From contig CBDCEW010000104.1 in the NCBI GenBank assembly GCA_965215885.1, forward strand, positions 64,001 through 128,000: 64,000 nucleotides of DNA, in the 5' to 3' direction. The notes beneath the pieces were generated by a model. That model made no database searches. It was not told where the DNA came from and saw only the letters and a list, made by a program, of their open reading frames with translations. Below, piece after piece: positions 49,348-57,960 of this stretch. This DNA comes from Candidatus Moanibacter sp. (GTDB lineage Bacteria > Verrucomicrobiota > Verrucomicrobiia > Opitutales > UBA2987). Both the position numbers and the translations under genes were made by a program. How positions within the stretch are numbered: the stretch's first letter is position 1; every line of letters begins with the position of its first letter.

Positions 49348-50373
49348 ATGGCTCGGGAGAATAGACTTAAACTGATGCGACGCGCGCGGAGGCTACGTCG
49401 CAACGCCGGCATTCGAGCGCTCGTGGAGGAGACGGAATTGCTAGGGAGCGATCTGATAATGCCACTTTTTGTGGTGGACGGCGAAGGTGGTAGAGAAGAG
49501 ATCACCTCAATGCCCGGCCAGTATCGTTTCACTGTATCGGATCTCATAAAGGAGTGCGAAGCTCTCGCTCAACTGAGTATCCGCGCGGTAGCTCTCTTCC
49601 CGTCTCTCGATCCCGCGCTTAAAGATGATGATGGTAGTCAAGCTCTTAACGAATCTACTCTCGTGCTTCGTGCCGTAAGGGCGGTTAAGAAGGAATTACC
49701 CAAGCTTCTTGTGATTACTGATATAGCGCTCGATCCTTATACCAGCCATGGGCACGATGGCGTCCTTACCCGGGACGGAAAGGATGTCGATAACGATGAA
49801 ACCGTTTCCATCCTTTCGCGTATGGCGACACTGCACGCCGCCGCGGGTGTTGATCTCGTCGCTCCTTCAGATATGATGGACGGCCGGGTAGGAGCCATTC
49901 GCGAGGCCCTCGATTGTTCGGGATTTATCAATACAGGTATTCTTGCCTACTCCGCGAAGTATGCTTCTGCTTTTTACGGACCTTTCCGAGAAGCCGTGGG
50001 AAGCGCCCAAGCGGCAGGCACCCATCTCCTAAATAAGAAGACCTATCAGCTAAATCCCGCGAATCGACTCGAAGCGCAAGTGGAGACGCTCTTAGATGAA
50101 GAAGAGGGAGCGGACATCCTAATGGTAAAGCCGGCCGGGCCATACTTGGATATTATTCGAGAACTCCGTGATAGTACTCTTCTCCCCGTAGCCGCTTACC
50201 AGGTCTCCGGAGAATATGCTCAAGTTCACGCCGCCGCCCGTCTCGGTTGGCTCGATTTGGAACAAATCCGTGATGAAACGCTCCTCGCAATAAAACGGGC
50301 GGGGGCATCAGTTATTTTGTCGTATTTTGCAAGAGACTTCCTGCGAGATTTGAGATCGGCAGGGAATCTGTAG
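49348..50373 (+). CDS. hemB: Porphobilinogen synthase
   Basis: DIALDPYT.HGHDG, APSDMMDGR, FYGPFR, MVKP, AYQVSGEY. Confidence 0.96.
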   Translation: MARENRLKLMRRARRLRRNAGIRALVEETELLGSDLIMPLFVVDGEGGREEITSMPGQYRFTVSDLIKECEALAQLSIRAVALFPSLDPALKDDDGSQALNESTLVLRAVRAVKKELPKLLVITDIALDPYTSHGHDGVLTRDGKDVDNDETVSILSRMATLHAAAGVDLVAPSDMMDGRVGAIREALDCSGFINTGILAYSAKYASAFYGPFREAVGSAQAAGTHLLNKKTYQLNPANRLEAQVETLLDEEEGADILMVKPAGPYLDIIRELRDSTLLPVAAYQVSGEYAQVHAAARLGWLDLEQIRDETLLAIKRAGASVILSYFARDFLRDLRSAGNL

Positions 50374-50465
50374 GTCTCATCCGGGTCGGAATATCGATCT
50401 GCCATTCCCGGCGTGCCGGGATTAGGAATGCTAAGTCCGACAGATTCCCAGCTGGTGACGGCTGC

Positions 50466-51053
50466 CTACATCCTTCTGGGAACGTTGACGCTATCGCCTG
50501 GGTAGACTCTAAAATCACGTTCCGGGTTGTGAAGAGCCAGCTTCGTATCCACGACATAGGTCTTTTCATCTCTCGTCAGTATCACCCCTGATTTCTTGCC
50601 GTAGAGACTAAAGCCCCCAGCTTCCTGGATGGCCTTGTTCAACGTGAGATCAGGACTCCAGAGAACCCTACCCGGTCTGGCAACTTCGCCTCCAACGTGA
50701 ATATAACGCTGTGTTACAGAAACTGATACATCAATAGTCGGATAGATCCTTCTGTCGATGTATGCTTGTTTTATTTCTTGCTGAAGTTCTGATTCGGTGA
50801 ACCCGCTCGCTCGTACCGATCCAATGAAGCGCAGCGTGATATCGCCTTGGTCATCAACTTGCACGGAGATGCTATCGGGATCCGGGATACTCTGCAAATT
50901 CACTACGAGTCCGTCTCCCGGTCTTAGCCCGACTGACAGTGGTGGGGGAATGTTTAGAACCGGGTCACTTACCGGGTCTCCACAACCAACGAATGCAAAG
51001 ACTGAATACGCTGCAAGGGAAAGGGAACAATAGTTAGCTTGAGCCAAACGCAT
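50466..51053 (-). CDS. Polysaccharide export (Poly_export/SLBB) lipoprotein
   Basis: Lipobox FVGC, LRPGD, VDDQG.I, VGGEV.RPG, AGGF, PGD. Confidence 0.85.
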   Translation of the reverse strand: MRLAQANYCSLSLAAYSVFAFVGCGDPVSDPVLNIPPPLSVGLRPGDGLVVNLQSIPDPDSISVQVDDQGDITLRFIGSVRASGFTESELQQEIKQAYIDRRIYPTIDVSVSVTQRYIHVGGEVARPGRVLWSPDLTLNKAIQEAGGFSLYGKKSGVILTRDEKTYVVDTKLALHNPERDFRVYPGDSVNVPRRM

Positions 51054-51121
51054 TCTTAAGGTCTCTCAAAAAAATATGCTGGTTCAATTCTCACATTGCG
51101 GCGGTTAATGCGATGCACAAA

Positions 51122-51883
51122 TCATTTCTTCTTCCTGGGGCGTCCCCGCTTCGGTTTTTCTTCGATCACTTCCTCGTCCTCCTGATCCTCTTCCTCAAAC
51201 TCATTCTCCTCCTCTGCCGTTCCCTCTTCGTCCCACTTCATAGTCTCATCTTCCTCGATTTTCTCTTCCGCTTCTGGGATATCGGGAAAGTCTACGAACC
51301 CATCATCCTTAGTTCCCGCTGGATGAGCTTCATCCCCGATATCAATCTCAAATCCTTCCGGTACGTATTCCAGGATGGCAGTAACCTCGAGGAAAAAATG
51401 AGACGCTCTTCCTTCCATAAAATCGCTGCTTTGCCTCTCGCGAATCTCCTCTTCCAATTCGTCGATCGTGAGCTTTTGTTCAAAGTCGATTAGATCGTTG
51501 AGGAGGTTGACTCTCAGCTTTGTAATCTGATCGAGGAAGTCTGCGTATGGTCCCTTCTCTTCATCTAGTATGTCGGGCAGTGCGAAGAGCTCATCATCTG
51601 ATCGAATAAGCGAATCTCGTATGCGAACGAGGCGAACACGGTTTTCCTTCAATACTTTGTCGATTCGAAACTTGAAGAAAGCGTTGTCGATAATATCGGG
51701 ATCAAACCCGTACTCCCTCAGGGGATCACATAGGTCGACGATGTGGGAAATTTGCCTGGGGTCAATAATACCCAGTGCATCGATGTCCCAGTGAATCTCA
51801 TCGCTGATTTCCTCGATCCACCAGTTCATGTCGGTACCGAGGCGAATTACGCTCCAATCGAGCTGTGGACTGGTTTGTGGCAT
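51122..51883 (-). CDS. Conserved hypothetical protein with an acidic C-terminus
   Basis: 253-aa ORF with plausible composition. Confidence 0.75.
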   Translation of the reverse strand: MPQTSPQLDWSVIRLGTDMNWWIEEISDEIHWDIDALGIIDPRQISHIVDLCDPLREYGFDPDIIDNAFFKFRIDKVLKENRVRLVRIRDSLIRSDDELFALPDILDEEKGPYADFLDQITKLRVNLLNDLIDFEQKLTIDELEEEIRERQSSDFMEGRASHFFLEVTAILEYVPEGFEIDIGDEAHPAGTKDDGFVDFPDIPEAEEKIEEDETMKWDEEGTAEEENEFEEEDQEDEEVIEEKPKRGRPRKKK

Positions 51884-52125
51884 GGGTGAAAGAGGTGGTC
51901 TACCGTGATTTAAGAATTTCGGTCTGGGAATCTGTCGGACTTAGCTTTCGAAGCATCCCTGAAGTGAATATTTGCAAGTAGGTCCTTTGGAATACTTTTC
52001 GTGATTTTGTAAAGACTTAAATTGAAAAAATTGAATCGCCATTTTTCTGGACCCGTCCTAAAGAGTGCGATTTATGGCGGCTTCTAACCGCTTGCTCTCG
52101 ACGAGGAATTTGAGATATTCGCAAC

Positions 52126-53229
52126 ATGGGTCTTTTCTACGAGAAGGCTGTTCGACCGATCCTCTTTCTACAGGAACCGGAGCAAGCGCATAATCTGGCT
52201 GTTTCGTTTCTCACAGGGTTGAGCAAATGCCACTTCCTCTGCCGAATTTTTCGGGATCTTAACCAGCGCGCTTCAGACCGACCAGTAGAGCTTTTTGGTG
52301 TTACATTTCCCAATGCAGTTGGACTGGCCGCCGGCATGGATAAGAACGCCCAGATATGGTTGGCTGCCGCAGCCCTTGGGTTCGGACATGTGGAGGTTGG
52401 GACCGTAACTCTTCACCGGCAACCGGGAAATCCTCGGCCGCGATTGTTTCGCTATCCTCGGGAAGGGGCCTTGGTAAATCGAATGGGTTTCAACAATGAC
52501 GGCGCCGAGATAGTAGCGAACCGTCTCAAGTCTGTTGGGGCTCATCGAACGAGATTGATTCCTCTCGGTGTTAATATCGGAAAGTCAAAGGCTGCTAGTC
52601 TTGATCTGGCCGGCGATGACTATGTTGGATCTTTCAATCTTCTGGCTGATTTCGCCGACTATGTCGCAATAAATGTGAGTAGTCCGAATACTCCCGAACT
52701 TCGACAGTTGCAGGATCGCAACCATCTCCCCAAGCTCCTGAAAATGCTGCGTGAAGCCAATCGACATCGCGCACGGAATCTAAGCAAACCCCCGGTTCCC
52801 CTCCTTGTTAAAATAGCACCTGACCTTACATTCCCCGAGATTGATGACATTCTGGAGACGATGTTCGACCTTGAATACGACGGAATTATTGCCACCAATT
52901 CCACGATTCATCGGCCTCCTTCTCTTACAGAGGTAAATGAGGCAGGCGGGCTAACGGGAATTCCTCTTCATGAGCGGTCCGTAGAGATAATAAAGTATAT
53001 CCATCATGAGACTTCGGGCCGTCTCCCGATAATCGGGGTCGGAGGAATTCATGATGCCGACTCAGCTATCAAGACGATGGATGCCGGTGCCTCACTCTTG
53101 CAGTTCTATACGGGCTTCATTTTCAACGGTCCCTCCTTTCCCAAGCAAATCGCCCGCGCCGTCAGTGGGGAAAGATTTGAAGAGAATCGGGTTATGAAAG
53201 CACATAGCGCCATTGGTGGCGCGGAATAA
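52126..53229 (+). CDS. pyrD: Quinone-dependent dihydroorotate dehydrogenase
   Basis: GLAAGMDK, NRMGFNN, NVSSPNTP, VKIAPD, GVGGI. Confidence 0.96.
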   Translation: MGLFYEKAVRPILFLQEPEQAHNLAVSFLTGLSKCHFLCRIFRDLNQRASDRPVELFGVTFPNAVGLAAGMDKNAQIWLAAAALGFGHVEVGTVTLHRQPGNPRPRLFRYPREGALVNRMGFNNDGAEIVANRLKSVGAHRTRLIPLGVNIGKSKAASLDLAGDDYVGSFNLLADFADYVAINVSSPNTPELRQLQDRNHLPKLLKMLREANRHRARNLSKPPVPLLVKIAPDLTFPEIDDILETMFDLEYDGIIATNSTIHRPPSLTEVNEAGGLTGIPLHERSVEIIKYIHHETSGRLPIIGVGGIHDADSAIKTMDAGASLLQFYTGFIFNGPSFPKQIARAVSGERFEENRVMKAHSAIGGAE

Positions 53230-53303
53230 AAGGGAAACCTCAGGAGTCCTAGGTAAAAGACAATTTCCCCTTATCCTAAATCCGAATGTAATGATCGTGG
53301 AAT

Positions 53304-53385
53304 TGCTCAGGAGGGGACTCGAACCCCTACACCTTTCGGCATACGCCCCTCAAGCGTACGTGTCTACCAATTCCACCACCTGAGC
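53304..53385 (-). tRNA. tRNA-Leu (anticodon GAG), CCA not encoded
   Basis: GCTCAGG acceptor stem, GGAATTGGTAGAC D-loop, TACGC-TTGAGGG-GCGTA anticodon arm, long variable arm, GGTTCGAGTCC. Confidence 0.95.
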
Positions 53386-53592
53386 ATTGAAAAATTTCCT
53401 CTAGTGGGAGGGAAAACAGGCAAAGGTGTGAAGTCGCCCATTTCAAGTTTTTTCGTATTTTGCGTAGACTTAGGGAAATTTATACGTTTATTCCGTGGTA
53501 AAGTAGATTGAGTTCGTGAATGGAACGAGGATCCCATAGAAAAAGAGAAGCAACGGACGGCACCGGGTGATACCGGCGATTCTGCCAAACTT

Positions 53593-55167
53593 GTGGAACC
53601 AGCTGTTCCCGATGTGGTCGACTTGAGTGCTCTTAGAGACTTCTCCATCGGTCCCAATTGGAGTGATCCTGACTATTCTTCGGAATCGGCTGATGCAAAA
53701 AGTGGGACCCGGGCGAAAGGTAGGCGCGATAACGCCGGGGCTCTTTTGAAGCGGGACCGGCGGGCGCGTAGGGATGCAGCGGGCCGGGGCGGGAAATCTG
53801 AGCGGAGGGAGAGGAGACCTAACGAAGCTGAAGGTCCCAGGCGTTCGAGCTTCAGAAGGGAAGATAGAAAGCCGCCGTTTCGGCCCACTGTGCAGGTACA
53901 GTTTTCACCGGAAGAGGCGCCATTCAAAGCAATGACGAGCGCTCTGAGGTCGTCCTGTAGAACCTACGAACTCTTTGAGATCGCGCGGTTAATACTTGAA
54001 AAGCGCGAGCGTTTCGTGGTGCTGGTTCGCGCCGAGCCGTCCTCTGACTCACGACAGGAGCTCTTGTATATCTCCGTTCCGGAGGGGCTTCCTTTCGAAA
54101 CGGAAAAAGGTGTAATCGATCACGTTCTTGGGACACATCTGGATAGATTTCTTACCGTCGAAAAAGTTGAGATAGAACCTCCTTCGGGCAATTTCCAAGT
54201 GGTGAATCGTTGTTCCATAACGGGAGAGATCCTGGGCCCGCCCAATTATCATCGATATCAGCACCTGGAACAGGAACATCACCGCAATCGGCTTAAACAT
54301 ATCACCATTGAGAGGTTCCGTGCTAAGATTGAACCGGTTAACGATCCCAAAGTAATCCAGGATTGGCTGCAGCGAATGACGCATGAATCGCGCTACAGGC
54401 TAAATTCGTCGATCAGCGGCGCTGAGGACGCTCCTTCGTTCGACAATTACGAGAGCGCCCGGCATTATCTTGTCACTCATTTTCCGAATAGGATCTTTCG
54501 GACCGCTCCATCGACGCGATTTTCAGGTAAGGATATCGAATCGTTGCCGAAAGGAGGAGACTTGCGCCGCTCCATCGAAATGGCGCTGGAGTTACAGAAG
54601 AGATTTCCGTTGGATACGGCAAATCATCTTCGAAGACGACTCAAACGCCTGAAGTTTGTCGTCTACAAACGAGGGTCGAAGGGAGTGTCCTTTGTGAGCG
54701 CCGTGAAAAGAAAGCTCAGATCGCCTGACGCGACTTTTGCACTACCGGTGCAGGAACTCCTCGAAACTATCGAAACGCACCCGAATATCCACGTAGGAGA
54801 ACTTTATCGACTCTTATGTGGCAGTGAGCCAGTAGTTGAGCCAACGAAGGGAGAAAAAGGCGAATCCGGAGAAACTGAGCGGTTCCGCCAACTGTCACAG
54901 AATCTGCGCTGGTTAGTATCGGAAGGGTATGTCACCGAGTTTGGAGATGGTCGATTGTACTCCTCGCCTCCTCATCGACAGGAGACGATGACTTCTGAAA
55001 GTAATCGGGAAGATGAAGGAAAGCCTCATGAAGCCGCGGAGGTCGAAGAAATAGGGAAGTCGGTAGAGGAAAATGGGAATTTTGAAGATGGGAAAGCATG
55101 TGGACAGGAACAAACTGATCCGTCTGAATCCGTTGAAGTGGCTGAAGAGCAGGAGGTAACCCGTTAG
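53593..55167 (+). CDS. Conserved hypothetical protein
   Basis: 524-aa ORF; GPPNYH.YQ and WL..EGYVTEF.DG blocks; disordered ends. Confidence 0.75.
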   Translation: MEPAVPDVVDLSALRDFSIGPNWSDPDYSSESADAKSGTRAKGRRDNAGALLKRDRRARRDAAGRGGKSERRERRPNEAEGPRRSSFRREDRKPPFRPTVQVQFSPEEAPFKAMTSALRSSCRTYELFEIARLILEKRERFVVLVRAEPSSDSRQELLYISVPEGLPFETEKGVIDHVLGTHLDRFLTVEKVEIEPPSGNFQVVNRCSITGEILGPPNYHRYQHLEQEHHRNRLKHITIERFRAKIEPVNDPKVIQDWLQRMTHESRYRLNSSISGAEDAPSFDNYESARHYLVTHFPNRIFRTAPSTRFSGKDIESLPKGGDLRRSIEMALELQKRFPLDTANHLRRRLKRLKFVVYKRGSKGVSFVSAVKRKLRSPDATFALPVQELLETIETHPNIHVGELYRLLCGSEPVVEPTKGEKGESGETERFRQLSQNLRWLVSEGYVTEFGDGRLYSSPPHRQETMTSESNREDEGKPHEAAEVEEIGKSVEENGNFEDGKACGQEQTDPSESVEVAEEQEVTR

Positions 55168-55211
55168 GAATCTGTCGGACTTCGCTTTGTTGATTTCTCC
55201 AAACTTCTGGA

Positions 55212-55649
55212 TCAGTCGCGCCCTGGGCGATAGAGCTGTAAGTGGCGATGGTGGAGGTCTCTGAACTTCAGCTGTAGTTTCCAGCAATTTTCAGGTAGTC
55301 GGGAACCGATATTTTCAGGCCATTCAATCGCCAGGCAATACGGGGGATCCAAAAAGTCTTCGATTAAAAGAGCGTCATACTCAGATTCTTCTTCTAATCG
55401 GAAGGCGTCTACGTGGATGAGATTCCGTTTTCCTTTGTACATGGAGACAAGATTATAGGTTGGGCTTGTTATGTGTTTGTCGATTTCCCAATAGCGCGCC
55501 AATCCCCGCACGAAGGTCGTCTTTCCGCTGCCGAGACTTCCAAATAGAGCCAAAATCGAATTTTCGGGTAGGAACTGGGCAAGTTTTCCTGCCTGTTTTT
55601 CCGTTTCTTGTGCAGAGTCGGTCACGACGCCGGATATGAGAGCTTTCAT
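55212..55649 (-). CDS. tsaE: tRNA t6A biosynthesis ATPase
   Basis: GSLGSGKTTFVRG, TSPTY, HVDAFRL, IEWP. Confidence 0.93.
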   Translation of the reverse strand: MKALISGVVTDSAQETEKQAGKLAQFLPENSILALFGSLGSGKTTFVRGLARYWEIDKHITSPTYNLVSMYKGKRNLIHVDAFRLEEESEYDALLIEDFLDPPYCLAIEWPENIGSRLPENCWKLQLKFRDLHHRHLQLYRPGRD

Positions 55650-55700
55650 CGGTCGAGGTGGCACCGGCGGTTGAACTCTCGATCAGGGGCATTAGTTGCT

Positions 55701-56678
55701 TCAAGTGACAAAATACTCATAGCCTTTTCCTGTTGAGAGGGGTTTCCCGGTTACCGAATCGACAATCGTCTTTTCTGTAGAATCTTCTGGGCACGCGACT
55801 ATCTCCCCAATGTGAGAAAGCGGTGTCGTGAATTCTCGACTCCATTTTTCGATGAACGTTTTTGGGTTCAGTTTTGCGGAAAGAGCAAAGAGGAGCTCGT
55901 AGTCTTCGCCATCGTTTAGAGCATGTTCGAGAGGGGTACGGCCGGAACGATCTGCAAGGGTGTTGGCGGCCTCGCTTATGGGCAGGCAGTTCGTGTCGAT
56001 AGTGGCGCGAGAGCCCCTTGGAAGTAATTCGGGCAGGTCTTTGCTGAGTCCGTCAGTCAGGTCTATCATGGATCGAACGGCTTCGTCTTGGGCGAGCCAT
56101 TGGGCTTCCCTCAGGCGAGGCGAAAAATCGAAGTGTTTCCCCAGAAGGCTTCCCCCCACTGTACCTGTGACTAAAAGAGAATCGCCTTGTCGCCCTCCGT
56201 TTCGAGTGAGCGGTCTCGAGGAATATCCGAATAGAGTCAGATAGCCTCCGAGGGTTCCTTCTGACTGGGTTACATCTCCGCCCAAAATGGAAACTTCCCA
56301 TTGTTTCGCAGCATCACGAAGCCCGAAGTAAAAGCCCTCCAGCCAGGACCGCGCCAAATTACCGGGAAGGAACAGACCCAAAACAGCAAACTTTGGACTA
56401 CCACCCATTGCTGCAATATCGCTGATGCTACGCTTCAGCATTTTGGCGCCTACATCTTTCGGCGATATCGAATTATCGAAATGCTGACCATAGAGAAGGC
56501 CGTCCACGGTTAAAAGGTTCCCGGTTGTTTCCCTGGGGCGCAGAATTGCGCAATCGTCACCCATTCCAAATGGAGTGGGCGGCGTAACTTCCCCCAACCA
56601 CTCTTTGATGATTCTCAGAAGTCCTATTTCTCCGAGACTACTGATGGAATCTGCTCTTATGTTGGTAAAGGGATCCAT
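55701..56678 (-). CDS. thiL: Thiamine-monophosphate kinase
   Basis: GDDCA, SDIAAMGG, GGD, DLTDGL, GEDYELLF. Confidence 0.95.
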   Translation of the reverse strand: MDPFTNIRADSISSLGEIGLLRIIKEWLGEVTPPTPFGMGDDCAILRPRETTGNLLTVDGLLYGQHFDNSISPKDVGAKMLKRSISDIAAMGGSPKFAVLGLFLPGNLARSWLEGFYFGLRDAAKQWEVSILGGDVTQSEGTLGGYLTLFGYSSRPLTRNGGRQGDSLLVTGTVGGSLLGKHFDFSPRLREAQWLAQDEAVRSMIDLTDGLSKDLPELLPRGSRATIDTNCLPISEAANTLADRSGRTPLEHALNDGEDYELLFALSAKLNPKTFIEKWSREFTTPLSHIGEIVACPEDSTEKTIVDSVTGKPLSTGKGYEYFVT

Positions 56679-56750
56679 GTTTCATCCGGAAAGCCATAAC
56701 ACGCCGTGGACCGACTGATGTGAAGAATATACAGCAACGCACTGTTGTTC

Positions 56751-57647
56751 CTATCGGATAAGACCTAAAGGCACAGCTAAAGCCGAAATTTCGTCAGTTT
56801 GGTACTGTATTAGAATTATGGAATTAAGATTGAACAATGCGTGAAAAAAGATCGGCACTTTGAGATTACCAGACATCTCGTAACTGATGCACAGAAATAT
56901 TCCCAAAACAAAGAGAGGAGAAAAGCTGATGAAGTTCAAGTGTATGCCGGCGAAGAGCAGGGCGCTAGTTATGATGGCGAGAGAAGTTCTCATGCGAAAT
57001 TTCAAGAACCGGTAAATGACGCCGCGAAATATGAGTTCCTCAACAATAGGAGCGCCGACTATTGCAAGGAAACCAAGCATGAATAAGGGGAGAGGGGCTT
57101 TTACCTCGCTGAAGCTTCGCACCACGTTCTGAGGTTCATGGGCGATCTCAATGCCTGTATTCTCAAGGACATTCAGAATATTTAGCCATAGGATGCCGAC
57201 AATCCAGACGGCTGGAAAAGATGCAAGAAAGATGAAAAGTGCATTAGAAAGGGCTTTCCCCAAGGGCATGGGGATGTTGTTGAATTTTTCATGGAAAAGC
57301 TGTGGTTGGGATTTTCGATAAAGAAGAAAGACCGCGAGCAATCCAATCTGCATGGAGCTTCCCGCAACGATGTTCTCCCATGTTTCTTCGACCGCCCCTG
57401 GGTCGGCTTCCGTTTGGCCGAAGAAAGAGCCGAAGATCATCTGAATGATGACGACGCTCATGAACATGAGCCAGATGAGAAGACCGAAATCACTCCATCG
57501 GATACTCCAGGCTTGGACTTTGCCGGAAGGGTTGTCGGCTTTTCCCGCACAGATTCGCCGTGACAGTTGAAATAGACAGACTACACCAACGCCCAGCATT
57601 CCGATTAGGTAGAACACGATCCCTTCTTCCGTAGCCGAAAGCTTCAT
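56751..57647 (-). CDS. CPBP (CAAX/Abi) intramembrane metalloprotease
   Basis: APIVEELIFRG, FAGIH, HALFN. Confidence 0.9.
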   Translation of the reverse strand: MKLSATEEGIVFYLIGMLGVGVVCLFQLSRRICAGKADNPSGKVQAWSIRWSDFGLLIWLMFMSVVIIQMIFGSFFGQTEADPGAVEETWENIVAGSSMQIGLLAVFLLYRKSQPQLFHEKFNNIPMPLGKALSNALFIFLASFPAVWIVGILWLNILNVLENTGIEIAHEPQNVVRSFSEVKAPLPLFMLGFLAIVGAPIVEELIFRGVIYRFLKFRMRTSLAIITSALLFAGIHLNFISFSPLFVLGIFLCISYEMSGNLKVPIFFHALFNLNSIILIQYQTDEISALAVPLGLIR

Positions 57648-57658
57648 TGAAAAAACGG

Positions 57659-57960
57659 CTAGGAATCTGTCGGACTTTGTGACTCAATTGCTCTACAAGC
57701 ACCAAAGTCCGTCCGACAGATTCCTATGAAGAAAATGAAACTGAATTCTGGGACCAAATCACTCACTTACTCCTCTTCAAATGATTCAACCGGCAAGAAA
57801 AGCGAATGATTCTTAGGTCGCTGTGACAGTTTGGCCCTGATTTTCGCATCTCGAGCACACTTCCACCAAAATTCAGTTTCACTTTCTTGTTTCTAGCAGC
57901 CTGTCGGAATGAATTCGAGTGATTTTTTCGAAAGAATCATAAAGTCCGACAGGCTGCTAG
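57659..57960. repeat. Cluster of short inverted-repeat elements (family 3)
   Basis: CTAGGAATCTGTCGGACTTT..TCCGACAGATTCCTA (57659-57726); AAGAAAATGAAACTGAATT inverted pair; CTAGCAGCCTGTCGGA..TCCGACAGGCTGCTAG (57893-57960). Confidence 0.8.

Noticed and set aside
53304..53385. tRNA-Leu as an island integration site
   Set aside because: Flanked by core genes; no duplicate of its 3' end or integrase seen in the window
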